NCBI RefSeq assembly: GCF_001194135.2
Contig: NC_069007.1
Coordinates: forward strand, 12,078,296-12,142,295
Source of the DNA: Octopus bimaculoides
Lineage: Eukaryota
Reading direction: 5' to 3'
DNA: 64,000 bases
Part shown: piece by piece, positions 12,388 to 24,311 of the stretch
How positions within the stretch are numbered: the first letter of the stretch is position 1
Layout: every line of letters starts with the position of its first letter
Notes under the pieces: model-generated
Databases searched by the model: none
The model's input: the letters and a program-made list of their open reading frames with translations, nothing else
Told to the model about the DNA's origin: nothing
Position numbers and translations under genes: made by a program

Positions 12388-13171
12388 GGGGGCGAGCTGG
12401 CAAAATCGTTAGCACGCTGGACGAAAAGCTTAGCGGTAATTCGCCCGTCGCTACCGTTCTGAGTTCAAATTCCACTGAGGTCGACTTTGCCTTTCATCCT
12501 TTCGGGGGTCGATGAATCAAGTACCAGTCAAGTACTGAGGTCGATGTAATCGACTTACCGCCTCCGCGATAACTTTCAAGCCTTGTGCCTACAGTAGAAA
12601 GGATTATGGCTTATTATTGTTGTTGTTGTTTTAGAGGTCATCTTTCCCTTTCATCCTTTCGGAGTCGATAAATTAAGTATCAGTTGCGTACTGGGGTCGA
12701 TCTAATTGTCTGGGCTTTGTGCCTAGAGTAGAAAAGATAATTATTATTATAATTATTATTATTATTATTATTATTGTGGTGATGATGATGGCGGAGGCGG
12801 CGAGCTGGCAGAAACGTTAGCACGCCGGCCGAAATCCTTCGCGGTATTTCGTCTGCCACTGCGTTCTGAGTTCAAATTCCGCCGAGGTCGACTTTGCCTT
12901 TCATCCTTTCGGGGTCGATAAATTAAGTACCAGTTACGCACTGGGGTCGATATAATCGACTTAATCCGTTTGTCTGTCCTTGTTTGTCCCCTCTGTGTGT
13001 AGCCCCTTGTGGGCATTAAAGAAATAGGTATTTCTTACGTTCTGAGTTCAAATTCTGCCGAGGTCAACTTTCCGGAGTCGATGAAATAAGTACCTGTTGA
13101 GCACTGGGGTAGATATGTCATCGACTTACCTTCTACCCGGAGCTTGCTGGCTTTGTGCCAAAATTTCAAAC

Positions 13172-13175
<4 letters not shown>
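12388..13175 (+). mobile_element. Tandem cluster of four SINE family B copies or fragments
   Basis: Head GGCGAGCTGGCAGAA..GAGTTCAAATTCC, core GAGGTCGACTTTGCCTTTCATCCTTTCGGGGTCGATAAATTAAGTACC. Copies are separated by (ATT)n/(GTT)n. The core resembles a conserved metazoan SINE central domain; exact domain name uncertain. Confidence 0.85.
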
Positions 13176-13229
<54 letters not shown>

Positions 13230-14279
13230 TTGGATTGAGAGAGATTGTTGGAGCATCAGGCCTTGTGGNNNNNNNNNNNNNNNNNNNNNNNNNNNNNNNN
13301 NNNNNNNNNNNNNNNNNNNNNNNNNNNNNNNNNNNNNNNNNNNNNNNNNNNNNNNNNNNNNNNNNNNNNNNNNNNNNNNNNNNNNNNNNNNNNNNNNNNN
13401 NNNNNNNNNNNNNNNNNNNNNNNNNNNNNNNNNNNNNNNNNNNNNNNNNNNNNNNNNNNNNNNNNNNNNNNNNNNNNNNNNNNNNNNNNNNNNNNNNNNN
13501 NNNNNNNNNNNNNNNNNNNNNNNNNNNNNNNNNNNNNNNNNNNNNNNNNNNNNNNNNNNNNNNNNNNNNNNNNAGTGACAGAGGATGAATTAAAGGTCAT
13601 TTGATGTACAGGTTCCTTGCAGTTGTGTAGTGTGTAGGTTTGTGTGTGTATGTGTGTGTGGTTAGAGTAGTTGCTGTTATTGGCGGTGTTTTTAGTCCCA
13701 GAGGTGGAGGTTTGTGGCTGTCCTGGTTGAGCAGACTTCAATCAGGACACGACCACGGCTTCCCAGCCGTGACCATCCCAATTTCATTTCTCCACCGAGG
13801 TGGCAAGCCGAGACTGTTAGGTGTGATTTGAGGGTGATTCGGTTGTCATTTCAAGTACGTCGCACGACCATGTCGAGGCTCCAGTGTTAGCACGTGTGTA
13901 TTGTTTTTGTCGTCATCATTTTGCTGCCGTGTTTGTCCTCGCTAAGCAGATTTATGATGTGACGTTCCATCCGTAGCTACCTCATCGGGTCCAGTATATT
14001 GAAGGAGTGATTACGTTATCTAATGCTTTAGTGTAGTATAAACGCGTCGACGGATGTGTTGGTGTACGCGGGTTTGTGTTGGTGTATGTGCGTGCATATG
14101 TGTGTGTGCGTCTATACGTATGAACATGTGTGTGTGTGTGTGCATATTTATGGTTATTTACTTAGTTTGTGTGTGTGTGTGTGTGTGTGTCAATGTACTG
14201 GTTTGTAGACGTTGTGTTTGCGTATATATGTGTGTATGTGTGAGTCAGCCTCTATATTCGCTTTCTTTCTTTCTCTCTC

Positions 14280-14347
<68 letters not shown>

Positions 14348-14348
14348 A

Positions 14349-14385
<37 letters not shown>

Positions 14386-14739
14386 TTTATTTAATACCTT
14401 ACACTCTTCCTTTCTCTATTCCCTCAACTCGTACACATATATGTATACATTGATACATACATACATACAATTGCTCACATTTCTCTCCATCTCTGTATCT
14501 CGCCCCTATTCCCCCGTCTCTCTTTCTCCCACCCCCACTCCACATATCCCCCTATCTCCTTACGTCAGTCACTCTGAAATACCTCCCTCTCTCTCTCTCT
14601 CTCNNNNNNNNNNNNNNNNNGCACCCTCCCCCCTCACGTCATGTGCACCTATACTAATGCAGCTGTCCACTTGTTTTATCAGAACAGTGCAACAACATGC
14701 AGTTGGCAATGCTTCTACACTGCAATACACCTGCAATCA

Positions 14740-14925
14740 GTGAAGTCACACCACACCTGCTTTTAAAAACGCTCTCTTTAACACTCACGGCACACTCCCT
14801 TTACAGTCACACCACATTCCATTTTCAGTCACATTACCCTCTCTTTATATGATAGCTCATAGCACATTCTGTTTACAGTCACACGGCACTCCTTTTACAG
14901 TCACACTACATTCCCTTTACAGTTG
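14740..14925 (+). repeat. Degenerate minisatellite with a unit of about 22 bp
   Basis: Repeated TTTACAGTCACACCACATTCCC-like units. Confidence 0.65.
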
Positions 14926-14938
14926 CATGTGTGTATGA

Positions 14939-14974
<36 letters not shown>

Positions 14975-15233
14975 CTTTTTACTTGTTTCAACCATAGGAC
15001 TGTGCCATGCTGGGGCACCACTCTGAGGAGTTTCAATCAAACTAATTGATCCCAATACTTATTTACTGCTACTTATTCTATCAATTTCTTTTACTGAACT
15101 GCTAAGTTACAGGGACATAAACACATCAACACTGGCTGTGAAGTGGTGGCAGGACACACACACACTCACACACACATACACACACACACACACACACACA
15201 TTATTTATTTACAATGGGCTTCTTTCAGTTTCT

Positions 15234-15454
15234 TATTCCTTTACTGCCCACAAGGGACTAAACATAGAGGGTACAGACAAACGGATTAAGTCGATTATAT
15301 CGACCCCAGTGTGTAACTGGTACTTATTTAATCAGCCCCGAAAGGGTGAAAGGCAAAGTTGACCTTGGTGGAATTTGAACTCAGAACATAGCAGCAGACG
15401 AAATACTGCTAAGCATTTTGCCCAGCGTGCTAACCATCCTGCCATCTCACCGAC
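15234..15454 (-). mobile_element. SINE family B (tail B2) nested in a family A copy (about 14975-15600, minus) with a 10-bp TSD
   Basis: TTCAGTTTCT direct repeat at 15224-15233 and 15455-15464. The family A sequence is continuous across the insertion. Confidence 0.85.
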
Positions 15455-16079
15455 TTCAGTTTCTATCTACCAAATGCACATACAAGGCATTGTTTGGCCC
15501 AGGGCTATAATAGAAGACACTTGCCAAAGGTGTCACGCAGTGGGACTGAACCCAGAATCATGTGGTTGGGAAGCAAACCTCTTACCACACAGCCATGCCA
15601 TAATGTGTGTGTTATTAGTGTTGACGTTTCTATTAATTAGTTAAACAGAGAAACATTTAACCTGAGAAGATAGATGATGAGACAGAAACTTTGGAAAGTC
15701 GCATTAGTGGGAGGCACTTTCTAGTGTGGGGAAGAAGGATTGGATAAAAGGTATTCAATGTAGGTGAGGGAATCACAGTAGGAGTGATGAATGGAAAGAG
15801 TTGTGTATACTCGATGGATCAGGGAGGAGACAGTCTGTAGCTTGCTGGTTCAGAGAAACAAAGGCCAGTGTCGTAGCAGTTTAAAAGGGAGAGAGAGGAC
15901 ACAGTATGTGGTTGTGGTGGGAGATTAACTGTTTTAGGGTGGCGTGCAGGTGAGTTTTTGAATGTTTATGTGGTGTAACAGCAGCAATGTCTTAAACACT
16001 GGCATGACCATATGGTTCAAAAACAGACTTGAATGGAAAACTGTATGTTGGTTCCTTAAGAGGGTTCCTTCCTATTTAA

Positions 16080-16300
16080 CCCTTTTATTACCATATTTCT
16101 TTTGAGATGCTCTGCGTTTCTTTCAATTATTTTAAATATAACAAAGAATTTAGTAAAATAACTTAGTTATCATTAAGCTAGTGTTAGGAACATAAATTGT
16201 GACTAAGGTTTGGTGGAAGATTTTAATTTAGAACTTTTGAAAACAAGACATTTGTACTACAGAGCCAGAGGCTGCTTCAGCCTGGTGGGTATCAAAAGGG
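16080..16300. mobile_element. piggyBac-like MITE with TTAA TSD
   Basis: TTAA-CCCTTTTATTACC ... GGTATCAAAAGGG-TTAA. Confidence 0.8.
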
Positions 16301-16344
16301 TTAATTCGGTTTAACATTTCCAGCTGGATTTGGGGTCCTTCTAT

Positions 16345-16798
16345 TAATATTGGTTTCAAATTTTGGCACAAAGCCAGCAATTTCGGGCGATGGGGGTCAG
16401 TCGATTACATCATCCCCAGTAATTGACTGGTACTTATTTTATTGACCCTGAAGGGGTGAAAGACAAAGACGATTTTAGCAGAATTTGAGCTCAGGACACA
16501 AAGACATGAAATGCTGCCAAGCATCTCGTCCAGTGTGCTAACGATTCCACCAGCTTGCCACCTTAACAATAAGAATGATAATCGTATCAAATTTTGGCAC
16601 AAGGCCAGCAATTTCGGGGGAGGGGCTAGGCCGATTATATCAACCCCAGTATTCAACTGGTACTTATTTTATTGACCCCGAAAGGATGAAAGGTAAAGTT
16701 GATATCGGCAGAATTTGAGCTCAGAACACAAAGACAGGTGAAACGCTGCTAAGTATTTAGCCCTGCACGGTTAACGGTTCTGCCAGCTCACTGCCTTA
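16345..16798 (-). mobile_element. Two tandem SINE family B copies (tail B1)
   Basis: Two reverse-complement head+core+tail units joined by an (AAT)n-like linker. Confidence 0.8.
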
Positions 16799-18196
16799 CA
16801 CCTACTTATATTAGGACCAACACCTTGTTCTGAAGATTATTTTTTTTCCTTCCTTCCTTCCTTCCTTCCTTCAAAGACCCTAAAAACAGGCATAAATCCT
16901 GCCCCTCCACTCCTGACTCTCATGTAAGCAAAAACAAAAACAAAAGTGAACAATCTTTCAGTGTGAGTAATTTTATGTTTGATCACCTAGTTTGGGGGAG
17001 GGCAGTGCTTATTGCCCCCTTTTTCAGGGTTATGAGCTGGGTAGGAGGAAGGGAGGGAGGGTAGTGCCTATTGGCTCTTTTCCAGGGCCTCTGAGATGGA
17101 TGCGAGGAGGGGTGTTAGGAAGGTGTCTTTAAACTAAAAGCCTGGTCCAAACACTTGCAAAAAAAGTGGAATCCACAAAAAGGGTCCCAGGAGGGGGACC
17201 AGTGAAGGGTCAGTCACTTATGATTGATGACTCAAGTATTTTGTAACCCTAACACACAGATTGTAATCATCTCAGTGATGCACCCCCATAATGTCTGCAT
17301 ACAGCAGTCGCAGTACCATCTCAGATATGGAGATGCTAGTTTAGAGTATTTTCTGGTCCTAAAGAGGACCTGTATTCTTTGTGATGTGATCCATGGTACC
17401 TGTGTGTCTGTAACAGCAGGGCCATCTCTGTGACTTGAGCAGTTCTCTTGAGATTTGTAGAGGGTTACCAACAAGACCAACAACACACAGATCTGAGGTA
17501 GTGTCTGGTGGAGCAACCTTAGTGTGTGTGCGTGGGGGGGGGGGTATGTAACCATAGTAACAGCATTGTCCCTATCAAGGGAGAAGTACAAGTTCAGTGT
17601 GGGCCCTAATGAAATTTTGTACATGTTCTGTATTTGCTCAGGGCTTGAGTATTTTGTGACCATCCTAAAAAGGATCTTTAAGTCTTTCTCATGTGGCCTA
17701 GAATGCATGTGAGTAGAGACAGAGAGAGAGAGACAGACAGACAGACAGGGAAAGGGGAAAATGAGCAGCAGTAGTAATAGCAATGTCCCTGATTAAGGAG
17801 CAGTCCCTAAGGGTTGCTGGTTGTTTGAATTATAGAGAGGGAGAGGGAGGGAGAGAGGGCATATAATGTGAGGGTATATGTTACAAAAGACATGTATCTG
17901 TAAATCTTCAGTTTAGGTAAACATTATTTGGGATCCCTTGAAATTTCCAAACTTGGGTATCCTTGATATAAATCACCCCTCATACAACCCTTATCACAAA
18001 CCCTGGCTCCTGGAACATAACAGAAGTATGTTATATATATATCTTCACATAACACACCCACCAGTTCAACTTCCACTCATTTATTATTTATTTGTTTGTT
18101 TACTTATTTATTTATTCTAGATGTATTTATACAGTGTTGTAAAAGCATTCTGGAATAAATAAATAAATATGTTACATACATCTGTTACCTCCTGAT

Positions 18197-18268
18197 CAGC
18201 CAATGATATCTTTCCTTTACACACAACTGACCAATCAGTGGTGGCCATCATATCTAAAACTTCCGGAA
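18197..18268. promoter_or_regulatory. Promoter-like cluster: two NF-Y CCAAT boxes plus an ETS site
   Basis: CAGCCAATGA (CCAAT at 18200), TGACCAATCAG (CCAAT at 18231, 31 bp apart) and ACTTCCGG at 18259, in sequence not assigned to any repeat family. Confidence 0.45.
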
Positions 18269-18536
18269 CTTGTTATAAACAACTTTTTTGTTTGTCTTAT
18301 TGATCAACAACAACAAAATTTAAGTAACATTTTGTGAGTATCAGGTATTGAGTACACTTTTGCGTCTGCTTCATTTACACTTGGGCTTCTTTCAGGTTCC
18401 TTCTACCGAATCCACTCACAAGGCTTTGGTCAGCCCCAGGTTATAGTAGAAGACACTTGCCCAAGGTGCCACGCAGTGGGACTGAAACCAAACCCATGTG
18501 GTTGGGAAGAAAACTTCTTACCACACAGCCATGCCT

Positions 18537-18783
18537 ATCATCATCATCATCATCATCATTATTATTTAGCATCCATTTTCCATGCTGGCATAGGTTAGAT
18601 GGCTTGGCTAGTACTGGTAAGCTGGAGGGCTGCACTAGGTTCCTGTCTGATTTGGCTTGGTTTCTGTGGTTCAATGCCCTTCCCAATGTCAACCACTCCC
18701 TAGAGTGTCCCGGGTACCCTTTATGTCTCACCGGTACTGGCCACAACTACTTAGTTTGGCATGTCTTCTCAACCACTGCAAAT

Positions 18784-18785
<2 letters not shown>
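18537..18785 (-). mobile_element. Family C retroposon with RTE-type (TGA)n tail
   Basis: Reverse complement of GGAAGGGCAT..CAGTAC..ACCTATGCCAGCATGGAAAATGGATG + (TGA)n. Other copies: 19320-19590(+), 30465-30575(+), 31105-31330(-), 33800-34010(-). Confidence 0.75.
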
Positions 18786-18824
<39 letters not shown>

Positions 18825-18879
18825 NNNNNNNNNNTATATATATATATATATATAGATAGATAGATAGATAGATACAAAT

Positions 18880-19280
18880 AGGCACAGGAGTGGCTGTCTG
18901 GTAAGTTGCTTGCTTACTAACCACATGGTTCCAGGTTCAGTCCTACTGCATGATACCCTGGGCAAGTGTCTTCTATTATAGCCTTGAGCCAACCAAAGCC
19001 TTGTGAGTGGATTTGGTAGATGGAAACTGAAAGAAGCCTGCCGTATATATATTATTATATATGTGTATGTTTGTGTATCTCTGTTTGTCCCCCACTATTA
19101 TCGCTTGACAACTGGTGCTGGTGTGTTTAGGACCCTGTAACTTAGCAGTTTGGCAAAAGACAGTAATAGAATAAGTACTAGGCTTACAAAGAATAAGTCC
19201 TGGGGGTCGATTTGTTCGACTAAAGGTGGTGCTCCAGCATGGCCGCAGTCAAATGACTGAGACGTGTAAAAGAGTAAGAG
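18880..19280 (+). mobile_element. SINE family A full-length copy
   Basis: Starts AGGCACAGGAGTGGCTGT and ends GCAGTCAAATGACTGAGAC..AAAAGAGT. Confidence 0.85.
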
Positions 19281-20998
19281 TATATCAGGAGAAGTGTTAA
19301 TGCTGTTCCCCCTGGATGAAGGGGATTGACCTGCAAGAGCCCTGTGCCGGTGCCGCATAAAAAAAGCACACGTGTCGGGGCCACATAAAAGCACTTGTGC
19401 TAGTGATACCCTAAAAGCACCCAGCACACCATTTTAAAGTGGTTGGCATTAGGAAGGGCATCCAGCTGTAGAAACCATGCCTAAATCAGACTGGGACCTG
19501 GTGCAGCCCTCCAGCTTGCCACCAGCTCTGGTCAAACCGTCCTACCCATGCCAGCATGGTAAACGGACATTAATTGATGATGATGATGATTATATCCATT
19601 CTGCTGACTGAGATACGATCGCTTGAATTTTCTGACTTAGGAATTCTCAGACAACTATATGTATGTGTATGTGTACAGAGTGGGTTTTATTTTGTGCAAA
19701 TGTGAACACACACACACACATGCAACACAGGTTTACAGACATGCTCTCACACGAGTATGTATATATGTGTGTGTGTGTGTGTGTGTGTGCATTATCTGTT
19801 TATGTATGTGTCTGTGTTACTATATAAGTAAGTACACTTTTTTCATACAAAGTCTCACTCACTCACACACACACACACACGCACAAACAAGTTTGTGATG
19901 GAAAATTGACAAAGAAAATCTCTAAACAACTGACGAAAGGGGAAAGCAGAGAAAGAGAGAGTGAAAGATGGATAGATAAATAGAGATGGAGATAGACACA
20001 GAGAGAGAGAGATAGATAGATAGATAGGTAGGTAGGTAGGTAGATAGATAGAGAGAGAAAGAGATAGACAGATAGATAGAGGCACAGACAGACAGATAGA
20101 TAGACCGATGGGTGGATAGATAGATAGATAGACAGACAGACGGATAGATAGACGGATGGACAGACAGACAGACACGTAGACAGATAGACAGACACACAGA
20201 TAGATAGATCAATCAATGGATAGATAGATCGATAGATATATAGACGCAGACAGAAAGATAGATATGTATACATGTATGTATGCATGCATGCTTGTATGTA
20301 GGTAGGTAGATAGGTAGGAAGGCAGGCAGACAGGCAGGCAGACAGGCAGGCAGACAGGCAGGCAGACAGGCAGGCAGGCAGACAGGCAGACAGGCAGGCA
20401 AGTTGATGGCTAGCTGGAGAAATCCACTGATACACAGAAAGCTGGGTAGTGGCAAGTTTATAAAAGTTTGCTGGAATGGTTGAGCATCTGAATAAATACT
20501 ATCAAGCATTCTAATTTCACTCCTCTACATTCTGAGTTCAAATCCTATCAAATGTTGTCTGTAGTTTTCATTCTTCTTGGATCAACAAAACCCTACCAAA
20601 ACATGTTCAATCCATTGCTCTCTCTCTCTCTGTCACTCTCTCTGCTTCTCTCTCTCGTTCTCTCATTCTCTGCTTCTCTCTCTCTCTCTCTCTCTCCCCC
20701 CCCAACTCCCTGCTTGCTTTTATAGAAATAATATCACAACTATATTCTCTCCCTTCTCTTCTTTTATGCCTCTCTCTCCCTCTCTCTCACATTGCCTGCC
20801 TCTTCCCACCTCCATCCTTAACTTCTCTGCTCTCTTACTTCCTCTTCTCTCTCTCTCTCTCTTGCATTCTCCCTATATATCTATGTGTGTGTGTTTGTGT
20901 GTATATATTATTCCTCTCTCTCTCCCCCTCCTCTCTCCTTTTTCTCTGGTTGTTTGTTCTCTCATTCTATAACTACAACTACCACCACCACTACCACC

Positions 20999-21030
<32 letters not shown>

Positions 21031-21550
21031 CTCTGCTGATGGTGGTGCTGGTGATGGTGCTATTACTACAGATGCTGTTGCTGCTGCTGTTACTACTACT
21101 ACTGCATTTCTCTCCTTATCATGTGATTTACCTTAAATAATCAGTCACTTCTTCTCTTTCTCNNNNNNNNNNNNNNNNNNNNNNNNNNNNNNNNNNNNNN
21201 NNNNNNNNNNNNNNNNNNNNNNNNNNNNNNNNNNNNNNNNNNNNNNNNNNNNNNNNNNNNNNNNNNNNNNNNNNNNNNNNNNNNNNNNNNNNNNNNNNNN
21301 NNNNNNNNNNNNNNNNNNNNNNNNNNNNNNNNNNNNNNNNNNNNNNNNNNNNNNNNNNNNNNNNNNNNNNNNNNNNNNNNNNNNNNNNNNNNNNNNNNNN
21401 NNNNNNNNNNNNNNNNNNNNNNNAAGCGTGCAGTGAGGGGCTCGCATGGATCTGCAACATGGGTGAAAAGAAGGACCAGTTGGAAAAAGGGGAGAGGGGC
21501 GTGGTGGAAAAATTGGGGGTGGGGAGGATAATGATGTTAGTCAGAGCTTG

Positions 21551-21563
21551 TGACCTCTGACCT
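21551..21563 (-). promoter_or_regulatory. Perfect nuclear-receptor DR1 element
   Basis: TGACCT-C-TGACCT, i.e. AGGTCAgAGGTCA on the minus strand, in non-repeat sequence. Confidence 0.3.
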
Positions 21564-21734
21564 CTCCCAAAATATTGGGTTGCTATGCATTTCAATTATT
21601 GAACTGTCGTGATGGATGCGCACACACACACACTTTTTCCTGCTGGCATGCACAACAACATACACATATGCAGACACACATATTCTGTCTCTTTCTCTCT
21701 CGCTATGCATTTGCATTTATATACATACACACAC

Positions 21735-21765
<31 letters not shown>

Positions 21766-22068
21766 TATATATATGTGTCTGTGTGTATGTATGTATATGT
21801 ATATATATATATATGCTTTTTTCATGTCAAGCCATAATGAAAGCAATTTTACATTAAATTGAAGGATTTCTCAGTACTTTTTGCAGGTTACATATCTTTT
21901 ATTCTTTTACAATAATAATATCAACAGTGACTTTGAAGTTTTAGCCAGCCTGCTTAGCATTCATCTTATATATGTGTCTGTTCTACATGTACATTCCTTA
22001 GTATTGGATGCATTTTTAAAATGTATTCAGTAACTGAACGCCATGCATCCCAACTTTTGTTAACAGTA

Positions 22069-22103
<35 letters not shown>

Positions 22104-22368
22104 NNNNNNNNNNNNNNNNNNNNNNNNNNNNNNNNNNNNNNNNNNNNNNNNNNNNNNNNNNNNNNNNNNNNNNNNNNNNNNNNNNNNNNNNNNNNNNNNN
22201 NNNNNNNNNNNNNNNNNNNNNNNNNNNNNNNNNNNNNNNNNNNNNNNNNNNNNNNNNNNNNNNNNNNNNNNNNNNNNNNNNNNNNNNNNNNNNNNNNNNN
22301 NNNNNNNNNNNNNNNNNNNNNNNNNNNNNNNNNNNNNNNNNNNNNNNNNNNNNNNNNNNNNNNNNNNN

Positions 22369-22494
22369 GTTCCTTTCTGTTGAAGAGCGTAGGCTCAAAT
22401 CGTTAAAGACTTTCAATTCCCGAGCGTTATACTAATACATCTGTTTGTTTTCTACACCACACCTGTCTTCATCTGTTGTTTTTTTGTGAATTCT

Positions 22495-22499
<5 letters not shown>
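22369..22499 (+). mobile_element. PLE-derived repeat with decayed hammerhead (same family as 51395-51598)
   Basis: CTGTTGAAGAGCGTAGGCTCAAATCGTTAAAGA (GAAAC decayed to AAATC). Ends CTCCC(TA)n. Confidence 0.7.
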
Positions 22500-22533
<34 letters not shown>

Positions 22534-23529
22534 TAGTAACCAGTTGATCTAGCAATCAGGGCCTCATCTCAGTGAGGAGGGCCAATGTGCAATAATGCCG
22601 TTAAGAGGAAGGCCCCATAGCAGCATTCATTCATTTTCTCCTGATAACTCCATAAGCTTGCTAGCATATGGTGTGCAGAGCTTTCAACTTGTAGCACTTG
22701 CATCTGCAAGTTGTTTGCAAAAAATCTTTAAAAAAAGAAAAAAATATATATATATGTAGCAAATCGCTTTATTTCATTCTGCTCCAGTTCATTCAGCTGT
22801 AGAAACGAGATGCAACATCACTGGTGCCGAGTCGTTTTGGTGTTTGCCTTTCTCTTGGAAAACATTGGTAGCGTGGAAAGGGGAGATGGTATGCATGGGC
22901 GACTGCTGGTCATCCATAAGCAACCTTGCTAAGGCTGGTGCTTTGGAGGGTAACTTTTTAAGTGCAATCCCACGGACATTCATAACCAAAGGGGGGCTTT
23001 TTATATACATATGTATATGTGTGGGTGTTTTTCTTCCAGGCAGGCACAGGCACAAAACAACATACATGCATATCCACATTTTGCAACATAAACACATTCG
23101 CATATGTGCAGAGAAATGCATGTATATACAAACCTTTGCTTGCTACATGTCTATATCTAACCAGAACTGTATGCAAATTCAAAATACAAAAACATGTAGA
23201 CACCCACAGGAAATGTATCTATCTGTCTAATATGTATGTATGTATGTATGCATGTATGTATATATGCATGTATATATGTATGTATGTGTGTATGTATGTA
23301 TGGTTTTCTTTTGTTTTTAGTTCTTTGAATTCTTCCTCTGAGTAAGGAGCTAATTTGTGATGAAGATACAAATTTCCATCATTAGAAGGCAGATAATGAA
23401 AGCAAATTTATATTTTAAACTTGAGAAAAGTCTTGTATATTTTAACTGTTCCACTTACAGATTGTATTTGTAATGTATGATTCAGTTGGTTGGTTTCTTT
23501 TTCTGAAAATCCAAACTTATCCAGATTGT

Positions 23530-23830
23530 TCTATATTTTAGAGATGAGGAATTTTGCACATTATTTACATTGGACAGATATGTGTCCTCATCTTGTCTGT
23601 TGTTACCACAATGTTTTGGCTGATTTACTCTCCAGCCTTCATCAGGTGTCCAGGCAGTGCCTTAATAATAACATCATCAGCAAAAATACCTTAGGAATGA
23701 GAACCCAGGGTTGGGTTCAAAATTCCACCAGGACACCTGATGAAGGCTGGAGAGTAAATTAGCCGAAACGTTGTGGTGACAACAAACAAGGTGAGGACAC
23801 ATATCCATCCAATGTAAATAATATACAGAA
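23530..23830. mobile_element. Inverted two-arm hammerhead-bearing element with 13-bp TSD
   Basis: TTATCCAGATTGT at 23517-23529 and 23831-23843. The minus arm (about 23530-23651) and plus arm (about 23650-23830) are reverse complements over about 100 bp. Confidence 0.85.
23732..23777 (+). ncRNA. Minimal type I hammerhead ribozyme, core intact
   Basis: GACAC-CTGATGA-A-GGCTG-GAGAGTAAAT-TAGCC-GAAA-CG-TT-GTGGT. Stem III is the palindrome ACGU; predicted cleavage 3' of U23772 (GUU). Confidence 0.7.
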
Positions 23831-24062
23831 TTATCCAGATTGTCTCTTAGGCATTTACTGACAAGACCAAGTGCTCCAATTATTACTGGCATAAATGTGA
23901 ATTTCTTATTTGGATATAGAAGCTAGAGTTTTCAAAGCAATTGTCCATAGTTATCTTCTTTCTCCTTGATTGTATGTATCTATGTATGTATGCATGCATG
24001 TATGAATGAATGAAGGAAGGAAGGAAGGAAAGAAAATAGTACGGTAAAGTTGCTGTGAGGGG

Positions 24063-24249
24063 TGGAAAATCCAATGCTTCAGACAGTGTCCTTCTTTAAG
24101 GAGAATTTGGAAGGAGAGAAATTAATGACTGCAATTTTTTTTTTCGGGTAGCAAAAAGACAATGGAACACTTTGCTGTTCCTCATTAATTTCCCTTCTTT
24201 TAACTTAACCTCTGCAGAAGGACCCTCTCTGAGATGTTGAGATTTTCCA
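24063..24249. mobile_element. Old fold-back/MITE with inverted arms of about 75 bp
   Basis: TGGAAAATC..GTCCTTCT..GAAATTAATGA versus its reverse complement TCATTAATTTC..AGAAGGAC..GATTTTCCA. Confidence 0.55.
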
Positions 24250-24311
24250 TTCCTCATGACAAGTTAGTTGTTCTTTTTTTTATCAATTATACTACATAAT
24301 ATAATTCTTGC

